A stretch of 64,000 nucleotides of DNA from a virus. Its lineage: Duplodnaviria > Heunggongvirae > Uroviricota > Caudoviricetes. Both the position numbers and the translations under genes were made by a program. Location of the stretch: IMG/VR virus record IMGVR_UViG_3300043788_000176, positions 56,566 through 120,565 of that record; one strand, given 5' to 3'. Shown in pieces: positions 19,309 through 28,395 of this stretch; position 1 is the stretch's first letter; each line of letters opens with the position of its first letter. The notes under the pieces are model-generated. The model saw only the letters and a list, made by a program, of their open reading frames with translations, searched no databases and had not been told where the DNA came from.

Positions 19309-19790
19309 GCCTCGCCTCCCAGCAGATTGGCAAACCGGGAGGTCATTGACATGCCTTCCGGCTCTAGCGTCAGATCGGTGCAGTTGCCCTCAGGGTCACG
19401 GTGGGTTGTCCAACTGCGCCATACCGTGTTGATGCCGTCAGTAGCGAACGCCATCACGCATTCTTGGCGATCGGGACGCTGTGAAGGCATGAGCCCGATC
19501 GGCTGGCCATCTTCCCAGCCGGGCGGCTGAACCGCTCGCCACCCTTCGCTCAGAAACGAATAGCGGGCGACATGGTGCTCGCGGATCAGCCCGCGCACGA
19601 CATGGGCGGCACGATCCTTGTCGTCGTCATTGACAAATGGCGTACCGACGATGATTCGATCGCCGTTGCCCGCGACCAGCAGGAAAACCGGCATCAATTC
19701 CTTTTTGGTGCCGATCATGACGCGGCGGGCATGATCGCCCGCCGCGTCAATGAGTGTGGTTAGCGCGTCGGTGTCCGACATTAGTGTCAC
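19305..19790 (-). CDS. hypothetical protein
   Basis: 161-aa ORF with plausible operon spacing. No motif recognised. Confidence 0.35.
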   Translation of the reverse strand: MTLMSDTDALTTLIDAAGDHARRVMIGTKKELMPVFLLVAGNGDRIIVGTPFVNDDDKDRAAHVVRGLIREHHVARYSFLSEGWRAVQPPGWEDGQPIGLMPSQRPDRQECVMAFATDGINTVWRSWTTHRDPEGNCTDLTLEPEGMSMTSRFANLLGGEA

Positions 19791-19792
19791 CT

Positions 19793-20149
19793 TTAGCGAT
19801 AGTGCGCAGTATCGGTGCCGTCAGGATCGGTTGTGATTCGAATGTAGGAGGTGTGGCAGAGATCGAAGCCGTCGGTAAAAGCGTCCACTACCCCGTCATT
19901 GAATTCGAGCCGAAGCTGCTGGTGGCATGGGAATCCGGGGTGATTGAAGGTGACATGCGTAGTCTCGCCAGGATCAATTACCTCTCCTTGGATGGGGTAC
20001 CAGCGGTTATCGGATGGCGTGGAAACCGCCACCCCGACAATTGTGTGGCCGGTTTCGTTGACCAAATCGAAATCGCCAGTGGTGCCCGCATGAGCAGATG
20101 TCGCATAAAGCAGAATTGCGGCGGCGAGCGGTAGATGGCGAGTAGTCAT
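19793..20149 (-). CDS. secreted hypothetical protein
   Basis: Signal peptide MTTRHLPLAAAILLYATSAHA. Confidence 0.4.
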   Translation of the reverse strand: MTTRHLPLAAAILLYATSAHAGTTGDFDLVNETGHTIVGVAVSTPSDNRWYPIQGEVIDPGETTHVTFNHPGFPCHQQLRLEFNDGVVDAFTDGFDLCHTSYIRITTDPDGTDTAHYR

Positions 20150-20204
20150 TGTGGTCGTCTCCCTTTGTTTTGGGGTAGGAACTAGAGTCGGTTGGTGTTG
20201 TCTT

Positions 20205-20417
20205 TTATTCCCTGAATTCCCAGGAGTGTTTTCCGCAGGCGTTGCAGGTCGAGCCGTTCCTGTAGGTCGGGGTCCAGGGGCCTTTGTGGCGGCAGAAAAT
20301 CTGGCGGATTTTCACTTGGCCCCGATCACTGACGGCAAATTTGATGCCGCGAACAATCAGCATGGTAGACCCGACAAAGGCACAGACGGCAAGCACGTCA
20401 ATCGCAGCATCAAACAT
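20205..20417 (-). CDS. hypothetical small Cys-containing protein
   Basis: 70-aa ORF with a hydrophobic N-terminal segment and a CNACGKH motif. Confidence 0.25.
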   Translation of the reverse strand: MFDAAIDVLAVCAFVGSTMLIVRGIKFAVSDRGQVKIRQIFCRHKGPWTPTYRNGSTCNACGKHSWEFRE

Positions 20418-20432
20418 GGGTGATCTCCCTTT

Positions 20433-20690
20433 CTAGCAGCGTCCGAAATCGGGCGATCCCGGTACGTTGCAATTCCGCCACTGCTGTTGCTGCTGGAATT
20501 GCTGCTGGAATTGCTGGGTCTGCACGTCGGTTTGGTCGTGAAGATACGCGGTCCAGCCAGGATTCGGTTCATACGGGTTGTCGTATTGTGATGCTGGCGG
20601 ACGCGGATCGTTGTAGAATTGCGCCTGTGCCGTGCCGATCGCGGCAGCGAACAGCCCGGACGCAATCAGGATCTTGGTGACCTTTGACAT
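20433..20690 (-). CDS. secreted Gln-rich small protein
   Basis: Internal Met start MSKVTKILIASGLFAAAIGTAQA (signal peptide), then a QQFQQQFQQQQQW repeat. Confidence 0.4.
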   Translation of the reverse strand: MSKVTKILIASGLFAAAIGTAQAQFYNDPRPPASQYDNPYEPNPGWTAYLHDQTDVQTQQFQQQFQQQQQWRNCNVPGSPDFGRC

Positions 20691-20916
20691 TGTGAATCTC
20701 CTGTGGGGTGCACAGCGCACCGTGACGCGCCGGGGTCCATCCGGCGCGCGGCGGTAAGCTGTCAGAGGAATTTCCACGCCAGTTCTGCTACTGCAAAACA
20801 GGCAAGTCCCAGACGGAAGTCAGACCACCACCCTTTGCTGTAGGGGTATTCGTGGATTTCGCACGGACCGAGCCCAGCTCGGAATAGATGCGCGCACCGC
20901 CAGCACGGCAGGGTTT

Positions 20917-21306
20917 TCATGGTTTATGCCTCCGGGATCGAACGAGACCAGCGATCATCTTTTTGGCACTCTCGCCTGGCCCTTCGATTTCGCGCAGACC
21001 GTGGGCACGAGCATCCGCCCCAGAACGGAACACCGGGACATCCGTTTTGTAGTCGTAGATCGCGGGATCGACATCCGGGTTATGGAACCGCAGAGCCAGT
21101 AATTCTTGGGGGCCGTGACACGCCAGCCAACCCGCGCAGAGATTGCCGTCGCGTTGATGGCACATGAATAGGGCTGGCGATTGCCCCCATGTAGGGCCGT
21201 CGTAGGCTGGCAATTTGTCATACTCGTCACGGCTCCAGATCCCGGAAGGGACATCGCGCCTATAGGGACAGGAACCGCACGGAACGCGAGCAGCGGTGAT
21301 TGTCAT
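20917..21306 (-). CDS. hypothetical Cys-rich protein
   Basis: 129-aa ORF with CGSCPYRRD...CHQRDGNLCAGWLACHG Cys pattern. Confidence 0.35.
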   Translation of the reverse strand: MTITAARVPCGSCPYRRDVPSGIWSRDEYDKLPAYDGPTWGQSPALFMCHQRDGNLCAGWLACHGPQELLALRFHNPDVDPAIYDYKTDVPVFRSGADARAHGLREIEGPGESAKKMIAGLVRSRRHKP

Positions 21307-21485
21307 GATAATTCCTCCGCAAGTTTCTCGCCAGTTTTGGGATCGTGGATGGTGGCGTTGTCCACAACTGCCGTGGGCATGTCGAGCAACTCATCGACCG
21401 AGCGGTTCTCCGCCCACTCTAGCGCCTCAAAGAGAGTGTTCGCCTTGACTTGGCAGCGGACGAGCACGCGAATTTCGTAAGTCAT
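21303..21485 (-). CDS. hypothetical small protein
   Basis: 60-aa ORF with overlapping stop/start, in operon context. Confidence 0.3.
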   Translation of the reverse strand: MTYEIRVLVRCQVKANTLFEALEWAENRSVDELLDMPTAVVDNATIHDPKTGEKLAEELS

Positions 21486-21491
21486 TGCTGG

Positions 21492-21686
21492 TCACTCCTT
21501 TTCGTAATCGTCACACCAATGCCCCATTCGCTCGGTGCGCCGAACATTCACGGCCTTGGTTGCGGTCGAACTGCTGGTTTCGGGATCGCGGCACCAGGCC
21601 TGCGCTTCGTCTAGGGTCAGACCCGTGGCGAGCGTGCGGGCATCGTAATGTAAATAGGTGCGGACGATTTTGTAGGTCTCGGCCAT
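21492..21686 (-). CDS. hypothetical small protein
   Basis: 64-aa ORF in operon context. Confidence 0.3.
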   Translation of the reverse strand: MAETYKIVRTYLHYDARTLATGLTLDEAQAWCRDPETSSSTATKAVNVRRTERMGHWCDDYEKE

Positions 21687-21698
21687 TATCGCGCTCCC

Positions 21699-22124
21699 TC
21701 ACTTGTAAACGGCGATGCCGCGGGAATAGTAAGAGTCGGCCCTTTCGCCATCGGGCACGTCGCCGGGGCGCAGGATATAGAGAGACGCGCCGCGCGGATC
21801 GCCTTGCACGTAATGGCCGAGCGTCGGGTAGCGAGTCATGATCGCGGTCAGCCGCTTTAGCGCGCCGTTCTCGCGATCGGCGACGGGATAGCGCCGAGGC
21901 TTGCCCTGACCGCCGTAGTAAACCCAGAATGGCGCGCCGTCGCCATTCTCACCAGCGCGCTCGATGCAGCCATTATCCGTGCCGCACTCCAATTCGTGCC
22001 AGCGATGCAGGGTCATTGAGATACGCCGCAGCGCCTTTGCGTCTTCGTACTCGATGCCGGCTTGGATCAGGCTGCCGATGCAGTCGTGGTTACGGTTCGG
22101 GTGGTTTGCCATTTCGTCCCTCAA
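21699..22124 (-). CDS. hypothetical protein
   Basis: 141-aa ORF, first gene of the leftward accessory operon. Confidence 0.35.
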   Translation of the reverse strand: MRDEMANHPNRNHDCIGSLIQAGIEYEDAKALRRISMTLHRWHELECGTDNGCIERAGENGDGAPFWVYYGGQGKPRRYPVADRENGALKRLTAIMTRYPTLGHYVQGDPRGASLYILRPGDVPDGERADSYYSRGIAVYK

Positions 22125-22479
22125 GCCCCTGTTCCCCGAGGCGCGGCCGGGTCTGTCTCGTTAACAACGCCAACATAAGCCCGCAGCGATAGGGCGTCAA
22201 GGATTATTTTCGGCTCATTCGCGCTTTTTCGCTTGCCGCACGCCCCGCGCTGCATTATGTTAGGAATGTCAACCCGATGAGGGAGAAGATGATGGCCCCG
22301 AGCTATCGCAGCGCTATTGTTGTCGGCACAAAATCCGAGGTCGAATTCGAGATATCCCGAATTCGGAGATTGTCTAAAGCTTGCGGCTGGAAGGCTGACA
22401 AGTGCAGACCGCTATATGCGCGGCTGCGGTGGCTTCGCTGGGAAGCCGAGGCAGACAATATTTGGTTTGGTGGAAGAAT

Positions 22480-22869
22480 ATGACCAAAGAGCAGTTGCGC
22501 GCTTGGCGCGATCGGCATTTCGGGTTGCACGGCAATCGGAATGCGGCTCACCGACTTGGCTTGTCGATAGATCAATTCCAAAAGCGGCTTTATGGCTCGG
22601 TCAAGATTGACCGCACGCTAGAGTTGCTGTGCGAGGCAATCGCAGCGAGTGGCAGCGATCACTGGGGCGAGGCGCTGAAGCGAATCCACGTCATCGCGCG
22701 CAACCCGCGTCATTGCTCGGAATCTGCCTGGAGCGATATCGATGGCTTAGTGCGTGACGCGATCCGTCAGCCGGAGGGGCCGGTTGAGCCTGCAGTGCCA
22801 TTTATAGGAGCGGCATGGGCTGAATACGATCTATGGAAGCGAGAGAACGGCGATGTTCGCTGCCGCTGA
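22480..22869 (+). CDS. hypothetical protein, possible DNA-binding
   Basis: Internal ATG start (MTKEQLRAWRDRHFGLHGNRNAAHRLGLSIDQFQKRLYG). Divergent from the minus-strand operon. Confidence 0.35.
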   Translation: MTKEQLRAWRDRHFGLHGNRNAAHRLGLSIDQFQKRLYGSVKIDRTLELLCEAIAASGSDHWGEALKRIHVIARNPRHCSESAWSDIDGLVRDAIRQPEGPVEPAVPFIGAAWAEYDLWKRENGDVRCR

Positions 22870-23124
22870 TTGTCGGCGGCTCACCAAGGAAGGATGGCGA
22901 TGATCACCACGAAACTGCCGCCACCGAAGTTCCAGCGCGACGGCGAGCGCTATATCGTGATGTGCGGCGATGACCGAGCCGGCTTCGTTCGGCGCATCTC
23001 TAGCCTCTGTTGGAACGCGGTTGACACGACAATGGAAAAATCGCGCGACTTCTCGACCCGGCAAATTGCCGCACGCTGGCTTGCCAAGGAACTCGCTGCC
23101 GTGATCAAGCGCGGAGACTTCTAA
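22870..23124 (+). CDS. hypothetical protein
   Basis: 84-aa ORF directly following the upstream ORF. Confidence 0.3.
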   Translation: MSAAHQGRMAMITTKLPPPKFQRDGERYIVMCGDDRAGFVRRISSLCWNAVDTTMEKSRDFSTRQIAARWLAKELAAVIKRGDF

Positions 23125-23148
23125 AGCCGCTCCCGTGCTACGCTTGCA

Positions 23149-23185
23149 CCCCATAGCGTTTAGTCCCTGGCTATCCGCTATGGGG
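23149..23185 (+). terminator. perfect 10-bp stem hairpin (CCCCATAGCG / CGCTATGGGG) after a + operon
   Basis: Seen directly in the sequence 25 nt after the stop at 23124. No clear U-tract, so the terminator role is tentative. Confidence 0.25.
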
Positions 23186-23764
23186 ATATCCCTACCTTTG
23201 GCTTAACTGGCGCCTGGGCGCGCGGGGCCATATCTGGCATCGTCTTGTGGCGCGCCAGCGCTGGGCCGAATTGGTTGCCGAGGATGAGTGCGGACGCCAG
23301 CGAAAGGCATTTGATCGCGCCAACAGGATCGGGTAACATGCGCCATGTGCGGCTCGGCTGATTCCGCTTCGTCCCCTCCTCTGCGGTTGAGTCACCCTCC
23401 CGCCGAGGGCGGCATTGACCGGGCCGCGCACAGCCTACGCCATGCGTTTGGCGGCTGGCCTGAGATCCCTTTGCCGCCCCCTGAGCTTGGCGTGCTGCTG
23501 GGCCGCTCGCCGGGGTTTGTCGGCACTCGCGACAATCAGATTCACGTATATTTGCGCGTCAAGCAGCGCGATCTCTGCGGCGTGCTGCCCTATGAATGGC
23601 ACGGGTTCCCGGTCGAATACCACTATGGTATCGGGATCGCGCTTGTTGGGGAACAATGACGGCCGAGCTTTTATTCCTCAGTATCTTGGCGGGCATAACG
23701 ACCCTTATCGTTGGCGTAGCTTGGCTGACGCTCAAAAGGCGCAAGCCCAAGGGAAAATCCGAGG

Positions 23765-23959
23765 ATGAGTGACGACGCCTCTTCGGTCGAAAGCCGCGAA
23801 TTGGCGGCGAATTTTGCCAATCAGCTCGGCGGCAAACCGACGCTAGTGGCACTAACCGCAGTCTGCGCCTTGTTTGGCGCGATTGCATCGCAAATGGACG
23901 TGAACCGGGCCGCTTGCCACGCGATGCTAGATAGTGTTTTCGACGATTTGGGAAAGTGA
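23765..23959 (+). CDS. hypothetical small protein
   Basis: 64-aa ORF. Confidence 0.25.
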   Translation: MSDDASSVESRELAANFANQLGGKPTLVALTAVCALFGAIASQMDVNRAACHAMLDSVFDDLGK

Positions 23960-23963
23960 GCCG

Positions 23964-24236
23964 ATGCGGCAGACTGATAGCTTGAGCTTGCATGGGGTCT
24001 GGCATATGACGGGCTTTTTACAAGCCAGCGTGCAAGCCGAGATAGTGCAGCACCCAGCAATTCGGGAAAACCCGGAATTGGAAAACCTCGCAACTCGCGC
24101 GGGATTTGCGCTTGGGATGCTTTATCTGGCAATCGGCAGGATGCACCCCGGCTTGGCAAAGCCGCCTAGCGATCCGGAGTCAGCCTGGACGAATTCGCGC
24201 CCTCTCTCTCAAGGCGCAAACGATGCCGCAGACTGA
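23964..24236 (+). CDS. hypothetical protein, paralog of the next gene
   Basis: MRQTDSLSLHGVWHMTGFLQASVQAEIVQH... is similar to the N-terminus of 24223..24420. Confidence 0.35.
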   Translation: MRQTDSLSLHGVWHMTGFLQASVQAEIVQHPAIRENPELENLATRAGFALGMLYLAIGRMHPGLAKPPSDPESAWTNSRPLSQGANDAAD

Positions 24237-24420
24237 CGATTACGGAGTCCACGAGATCCTGCATATGACCGCATTCCTACAGGGTGCCGTCGAAGCCGAG
24301 CTATGCGAGCATGAGGCAATCAATCTCGATCCCCGATGGCGCAAGCTAGCTGACCAAGCGGCCGAGATTTTGGCCGACCTCTATCAAGCGATCGGCCAAC
24401 GCCATGTGAGCTCGGAATGA
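24223..24420 (+). CDS. hypothetical protein, paralog of the previous gene
   Basis: MPQTDDYGVHEILHMTAFLQGAVEAELCEH... shares the HMT(A/G)FLQ(A/G)xVxAE motif. Confidence 0.35.
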   Translation: MPQTDDYGVHEILHMTAFLQGAVEAELCEHEAINLDPRWRKLADQAAEILADLYQAIGQRHVSSE

Positions 24421-25341
24421 TCAGCCGATGAAGTCGCGCACGTCGGCGGCACTAAGTCCGTACTGACGCAACAGGTTTGCCACGCCTTCCGGGTTGTCGC
24501 GCACGACCTCGGTAAGTTCATCCTCATCATACTCGCGCGGACCAATCGGCCGATATTTGTGCCAATCATCGCAATCATCATTGGCCAAAATGATAGGCTC
24601 ATGGCGGGCGATCCGATGGGGTGCCAAGCCTTTCAGGCTCATGGTGCAGACTGCATCGCGCAGCTCGCACAAATGGCCAACGTCAAGCCATTCGGTCGGC
24701 CCGTGTTCCCGCTCATAGCCAACACTTAGATTGGTGCACTCTGGAACCAAGTGAGTGTAATTGGCCGTATCGGTGAAAACGCCGCTGTCGTCGAGTTGAT
24801 AGGGCAAGTTCAGCCGCTTGATAAAGCCTCGCGCCCATTGGTCGGAGCAGCAGCGATCCCATGATTGATGGGTTATCAGCGAGCTTGTTCCTTTGCGATC
24901 GAACGCGACCGCGCAATCCATTTCGGCCAGCAGCTCGGGAGTGTGATCGGCAATATAGGCACTCCCTAAGCCGCCCCGCTCCTCGCCGCGGTGGAAGATG
25001 TAGAGCCCTGGCCGATCGGCCAAGATCATTTGCCGCATCAGCCAAACGCCAGCGCCATCGTCGGCACCGAGACACATGCCGGCCTTGCCTTTGGCCAAGG
25101 TGGCGACTCCGTCTCGCATGTGGACTGTCTGTCGCCCGCCGCGGGCGTGCACGGTATCGGTATGGGAGGACCAAATGACCGGCATTTGTCCGATCCGCAC
25201 CATGTGGTTGCCAAAGGCGTCGACCAGGGGTGCAAGTGGTGCCACGTATTCGTTGACGAAAGCCTGTTCGGCACCGCTGCCATAGGGGCGCGCCCAGCTC
25301 AGGATCTCGGCAATCTCGTCACTGTCTGTTTTGAAAGTCAT
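24421..25341 (-). CDS. Zn-dependent M28/M20-like metallopeptidase-fold protein
   Basis: Ordered metal-ligand pattern SHTDTVH, GADDGAGV, HRGEERGGLGS, AFDRKG, then a later His. Confidence 0.45.
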   Translation of the reverse strand: MTFKTDSDEIAEILSWARPYGSGAEQAFVNEYVAPLAPLVDAFGNHMVRIGQMPVIWSSHTDTVHARGGRQTVHMRDGVATLAKGKAGMCLGADDGAGVWLMRQMILADRPGLYIFHRGEERGGLGSAYIADHTPELLAEMDCAVAFDRKGTSSLITHQSWDRCCSDQWARGFIKRLNLPYQLDDSGVFTDTANYTHLVPECTNLSVGYEREHGPTEWLDVGHLCELRDAVCTMSLKGLAPHRIARHEPIILANDDCDDWHKYRPIGPREYDEDELTEVVRDNPEGVANLLRQYGLSAADVRDFIG

Positions 25342-26659
25342 GGCGCAACCCCTGTCCCGTCGCATCAAGGATAAGCTCAGTTTGTCTCGGATCTTCGATT
25401 CTCGGAGTCGTTAGCAAAAGAGTGACTATCCCATCGTCCTCGGAATCGTCGTCCTCGTCCCCTTCTGGCATGCAAGCATCGCAATAGTGCTCGCCGTGAT
25501 GGCGTTGCAAATCATCACGCGGAAAATGCTCATCGCATCCATAGCATTGGCGAAGATGGCGACCCGCGCAACGCTCGCACCAGGTGTCGCCGTCATGGTC
25601 AGTGATTGCGTCGTCGAGGTAAACTTCTGTGCTACAGTGGACGCATGACGAGAACTGCTCGGAATAACAGTCGTCGCACCAGTCGTTACCGCCATCATCG
25701 GTATAACCGCAATCGTCGCGATCGAACCGATCGCCACAATTGTGGCAACGTGCGCGCGTATCTTCGGTTAATCCATCAGTGTTGCGCGCGTTAATATCGC
25801 CTCCGATGCGCAGGAAATCGCCCTCATCCTCGACTCCATGGTGCGGATCATCGAGGTATGGGCAAACAAAGCAGTCCTGGTCCTTGATGCGGAGGAGTCG
25901 CGCGCCGCAAAAGGTGGTTCCGTTGCGCCGATCAATTTCGATGAAGCCAGCCGCCGCCAGCATGGGGATGAGTTTCCCGCCATCCCCATACACACGACCG
26001 AAAATCTTGCGAGCCGGCCAACACAATGCCCGCGCGGTGACATGGCCTTTTTCCGGTTCCAAGTAGGCAATGGCCAAATCACCCGCCCCATAGACGCGTA
26101 CGGGATGGCACGAGCTGGCATAGTCGTCCGTAGGGTGACACATGCACGAATTCGGCCCATGCCGATAGACCCGCTCGATGTCGTCTGGTGTATCGGCAAA
26201 GCGCAAATCGGTCGGATGGTTTGCGATCGCCCATGCCGAGCACCATTCGCGCACCGCGTCGTCGTCGAGTTTCAGAACGCTCGCGAGATACTTGCCGGGC
26301 CGCATGCGAACCTGGCGATCATCGCGCCCATGCGCCGCGTCTGGCGTAAACGCTAGTTTTGTCGGGTCATCTGTGCTAACGTGCGCGAAGTGATTGACGT
26401 TGGCAAAGTCGTGATAGCGCCAGGGAACGCCTTTGTAGGTTCTATCATTGAACCGTTGCTGTTCTCGCGCTTGCCAGGTGATATCGGCTATTTCATCGTC
26501 ATCGAGCCGGACAACGCGGTAACGCAACCATGACCCAATTTCCTTGCACCACTCATTTAGATGTTTTGCGCGTTCGGCCGCTTCCTTGCCGGTGCGTTCG
26601 ATACAATGGCGTTCGCCATCGCTCACTCGTATGACTGCAAACATTTCGGTCATCCCCAT
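25319..26659 (-). CDS. Cys-rich multi-zinc-ribbon protein of unknown function
   Basis: C-terminal half carries at least 6 CxxC-type pairs (CHNCGDRFDRDDCGY, CDDCYSEQFSSCVHC, CERCAGRHLRQCYGCDEH, CDAC) plus an acidic tail. N-terminal 250 aa unknown. Confidence 0.45.
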   Translation of the reverse strand: MGMTEMFAVIRVSDGERHCIERTGKEAAERAKHLNEWCKEIGSWLRYRVVRLDDDEIADITWQAREQQRFNDRTYKGVPWRYHDFANVNHFAHVSTDDPTKLAFTPDAAHGRDDRQVRMRPGKYLASVLKLDDDAVREWCSAWAIANHPTDLRFADTPDDIERVYRHGPNSCMCHPTDDYASSCHPVRVYGAGDLAIAYLEPEKGHVTARALCWPARKIFGRVYGDGGKLIPMLAAAGFIEIDRRNGTTFCGARLLRIKDQDCFVCPYLDDPHHGVEDEGDFLRIGGDINARNTDGLTEDTRARCHNCGDRFDRDDCGYTDDGGNDWCDDCYSEQFSSCVHCSTEVYLDDAITDHDGDTWCERCAGRHLRQCYGCDEHFPRDDLQRHHGEHYCDACMPEGDEDDDSEDDGIVTLLLTTPRIEDPRQTELILDATGQGLRHDFQNRQ

Positions 26660-26783
26660 GTCCGTGTGTTAGCAACATCAACATATCACGTAGCGCTAGG
26701 CTGTCAACACGTATTTGGGCGGATGAGGATATTTATTTGTGGTCAAGAAGGGGCGGAAAGGGTGCCGCTGCTGCGGCTCAGCG

Positions 26784-27152
26784 CTAACGCTGATCAGCGA
26801 TCAACCTCGGCATGTCGTCGGGATGCACGTAGATCCGCAAGCCCGAGTCCTTGCCGCAGAAGATGGAGTGCTCGACAACGCATGCGCCAGGAACCAACGG
26901 AAGGCTTGCACCTTCGGCTGGATTCGCCCATGGCGCCATTGCGTTGTAACGATCCATTCCGCCCAATGACCGGCCATCCAGGGTGCAAGCGCGGTACTGG
27001 GAGCGGGTTCCGCCAGACCAATTCAGATCCGAAATGTGAACTGTCTCGGTCGGAGCGACGCGGATCTTGCGACCGCGGTAATCGCCAAACGTCGCGTTTA
27101 CGATCGCCGCGACCTCATTCCGCTTAACATTGGTGTAGTTTAGCATTGTCAT
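26784..27152 (-). CDS. hypothetical protein
   Basis: 122-aa ORF. Confidence 0.3.
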   Translation of the reverse strand: MTMLNYTNVKRNEVAAIVNATFGDYRGRKIRVAPTETVHISDLNWSGGTRSQYRACTLDGRSLGGMDRYNAMAPWANPAEGASLPLVPGACVVEHSIFCGKDSGLRIYVHPDDMPRLIADQR

Positions 27153-27183
27153 CCCCTTTGGGTTATCCCAGCGATATTGCTGG

Positions 27184-27522
27184 TTAGTGCGAGCTTACTA
27201 CCGCGCGGCACCAGCAGCGCCGCGTCATAGTGCGCTCGGTTAGGTTGTTGACGTGCCAGGAATAATGGGTCGGAGTGTTGCGCTGCTCAATCAAGCCCCA
27301 ACGCTCGCCGCGACGGCCAAACCAATTCAGCGCAACGCCAAAATCAGCGAATTGCGTTCGGCATGCCGAGTCGTCGCAAAAGCTAACATCGACATCGGCG
27401 CCTCCGGGAATGGCTTGCACCGCGACAAACCGCACGCCTATCTTGTGCGCTCGCGTGATGATGCCGCGCAAATTCTTCGATCGCTGCACCGTCTCGCCGT
27501 TCAATCTGATTTCAATGGTCAT
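27184..27522 (-). CDS. hypothetical protein
   Basis: 112-aa ORF. Confidence 0.3.
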   Translation of the reverse strand: MTIEIRLNGETVQRSKNLRGIITRAHKIGVRFVAVQAIPGGADVDVSFCDDSACRTQFADFGVALNWFGRRGERWGLIEQRNTPTHYSWHVNNLTERTMTRRCWCRAVVSSH

Positions 27523-27759
27523 TGTGTCGTCTCCTTGCTGGGTACACGGAAGCGCTGTCCGCAGCGCTTCCGTCTGCTCAGCGGCTTAGAACTCTCGGCA
27601 ACCGCAATGTCCGTCTGCATCTTGTTCCCAGCCATCGCTGCCGTAGCGAAATTCAACCTCGTCTAGTGCAATTCCGTCGGCTTCATCACCATCCGGTGGG
27701 TCACTGCTGTCGAAATACATTCCGCAGTCTTCGCATTTGAAAAATGTTGGTTTCATCTC

Positions 27760-27948
27760 TCACTCTCCTATTGCTGGGCTGGCGGGGTAAGCTTCGATAT
27801 AGGCTTGCGCTGCCTTTAGGCCGGCGCGCTTTGCAGCGGCGTTGCTGGTGAAATAGCCTTCGCGCGCCACGACTTTCTCATCATCGAAGACGCAATATTC
27901 GTAGCGGCTGCCAGTCCTGTAATCGCGTCCCGCCGACATCGTGACCAT
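27760..27948 (-). CDS. hypothetical small protein
   Basis: 62-aa ORF. Confidence 0.25.
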   Translation of the reverse strand: MVTMSAGRDYRTGSRYEYCVFDDEKVVAREGYFTSNAAAKRAGLKAAQAYIEAYPASPAIGE

Positions 27949-27978
27949 CTTGGTTCTCCCTTGCTGACAATCGGAATG

Positions 27979-28200
27979 TCACCAGCTCTCAATTCGAGCC
28001 GCGAGCGTTTGTGTCTGTGATCCTGCGCGTTGCCACATGGTCGCATCGTGGTCGTGGTGGGCATAGTTGCTGCGGATATGTTCCGCCTTGTCATGCGCAA
28101 TGACTCCGATCGCATCGAGCACGCGAGCGAGTCCGCACTCGTCAATCATGGTTTCAAGTGCGCGGTCTTGTTTTGGCGTAGTGAGCTTGTATGCAAACAT
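27979..28200 (-). CDS. hypothetical small protein
   Basis: Internal Met start MFAYKLTTPKQDRALETMIDE. First gene of the minus block, divergent from the terS-like gene. Confidence 0.3.
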   Translation of the reverse strand: MFAYKLTTPKQDRALETMIDECGLARVLDAIGVIAHDKAEHIRSNYAHHDHDATMWQRAGSQTQTLAARIESW

Positions 28201-28395
28201 CGTGGCTCCCCTGCGTTGGCGTATCTGACAACAGGAATATATGCGCTGCTCCATATGCCGTCAAGCCTAAAATGCGCGCGATCACCATAATATATACCGA
28301 GCGCTCTGCCGTCCGATGCCGCTCGCGAGGCTATAGCTTTTCCGTCGCGGATATCATACACTTAGCCTCTGATCGTTTCAGACTGCGGTTGCGAC

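Noticed and set aside
23345-23659. 104-aa plus-strand ORF after the 23149 hairpin
   Set aside because: Pro/Gly/Arg-rich with no Shine-Dalgarno and no operon partner. Kept only as a possible coding region, not reported as a feature.
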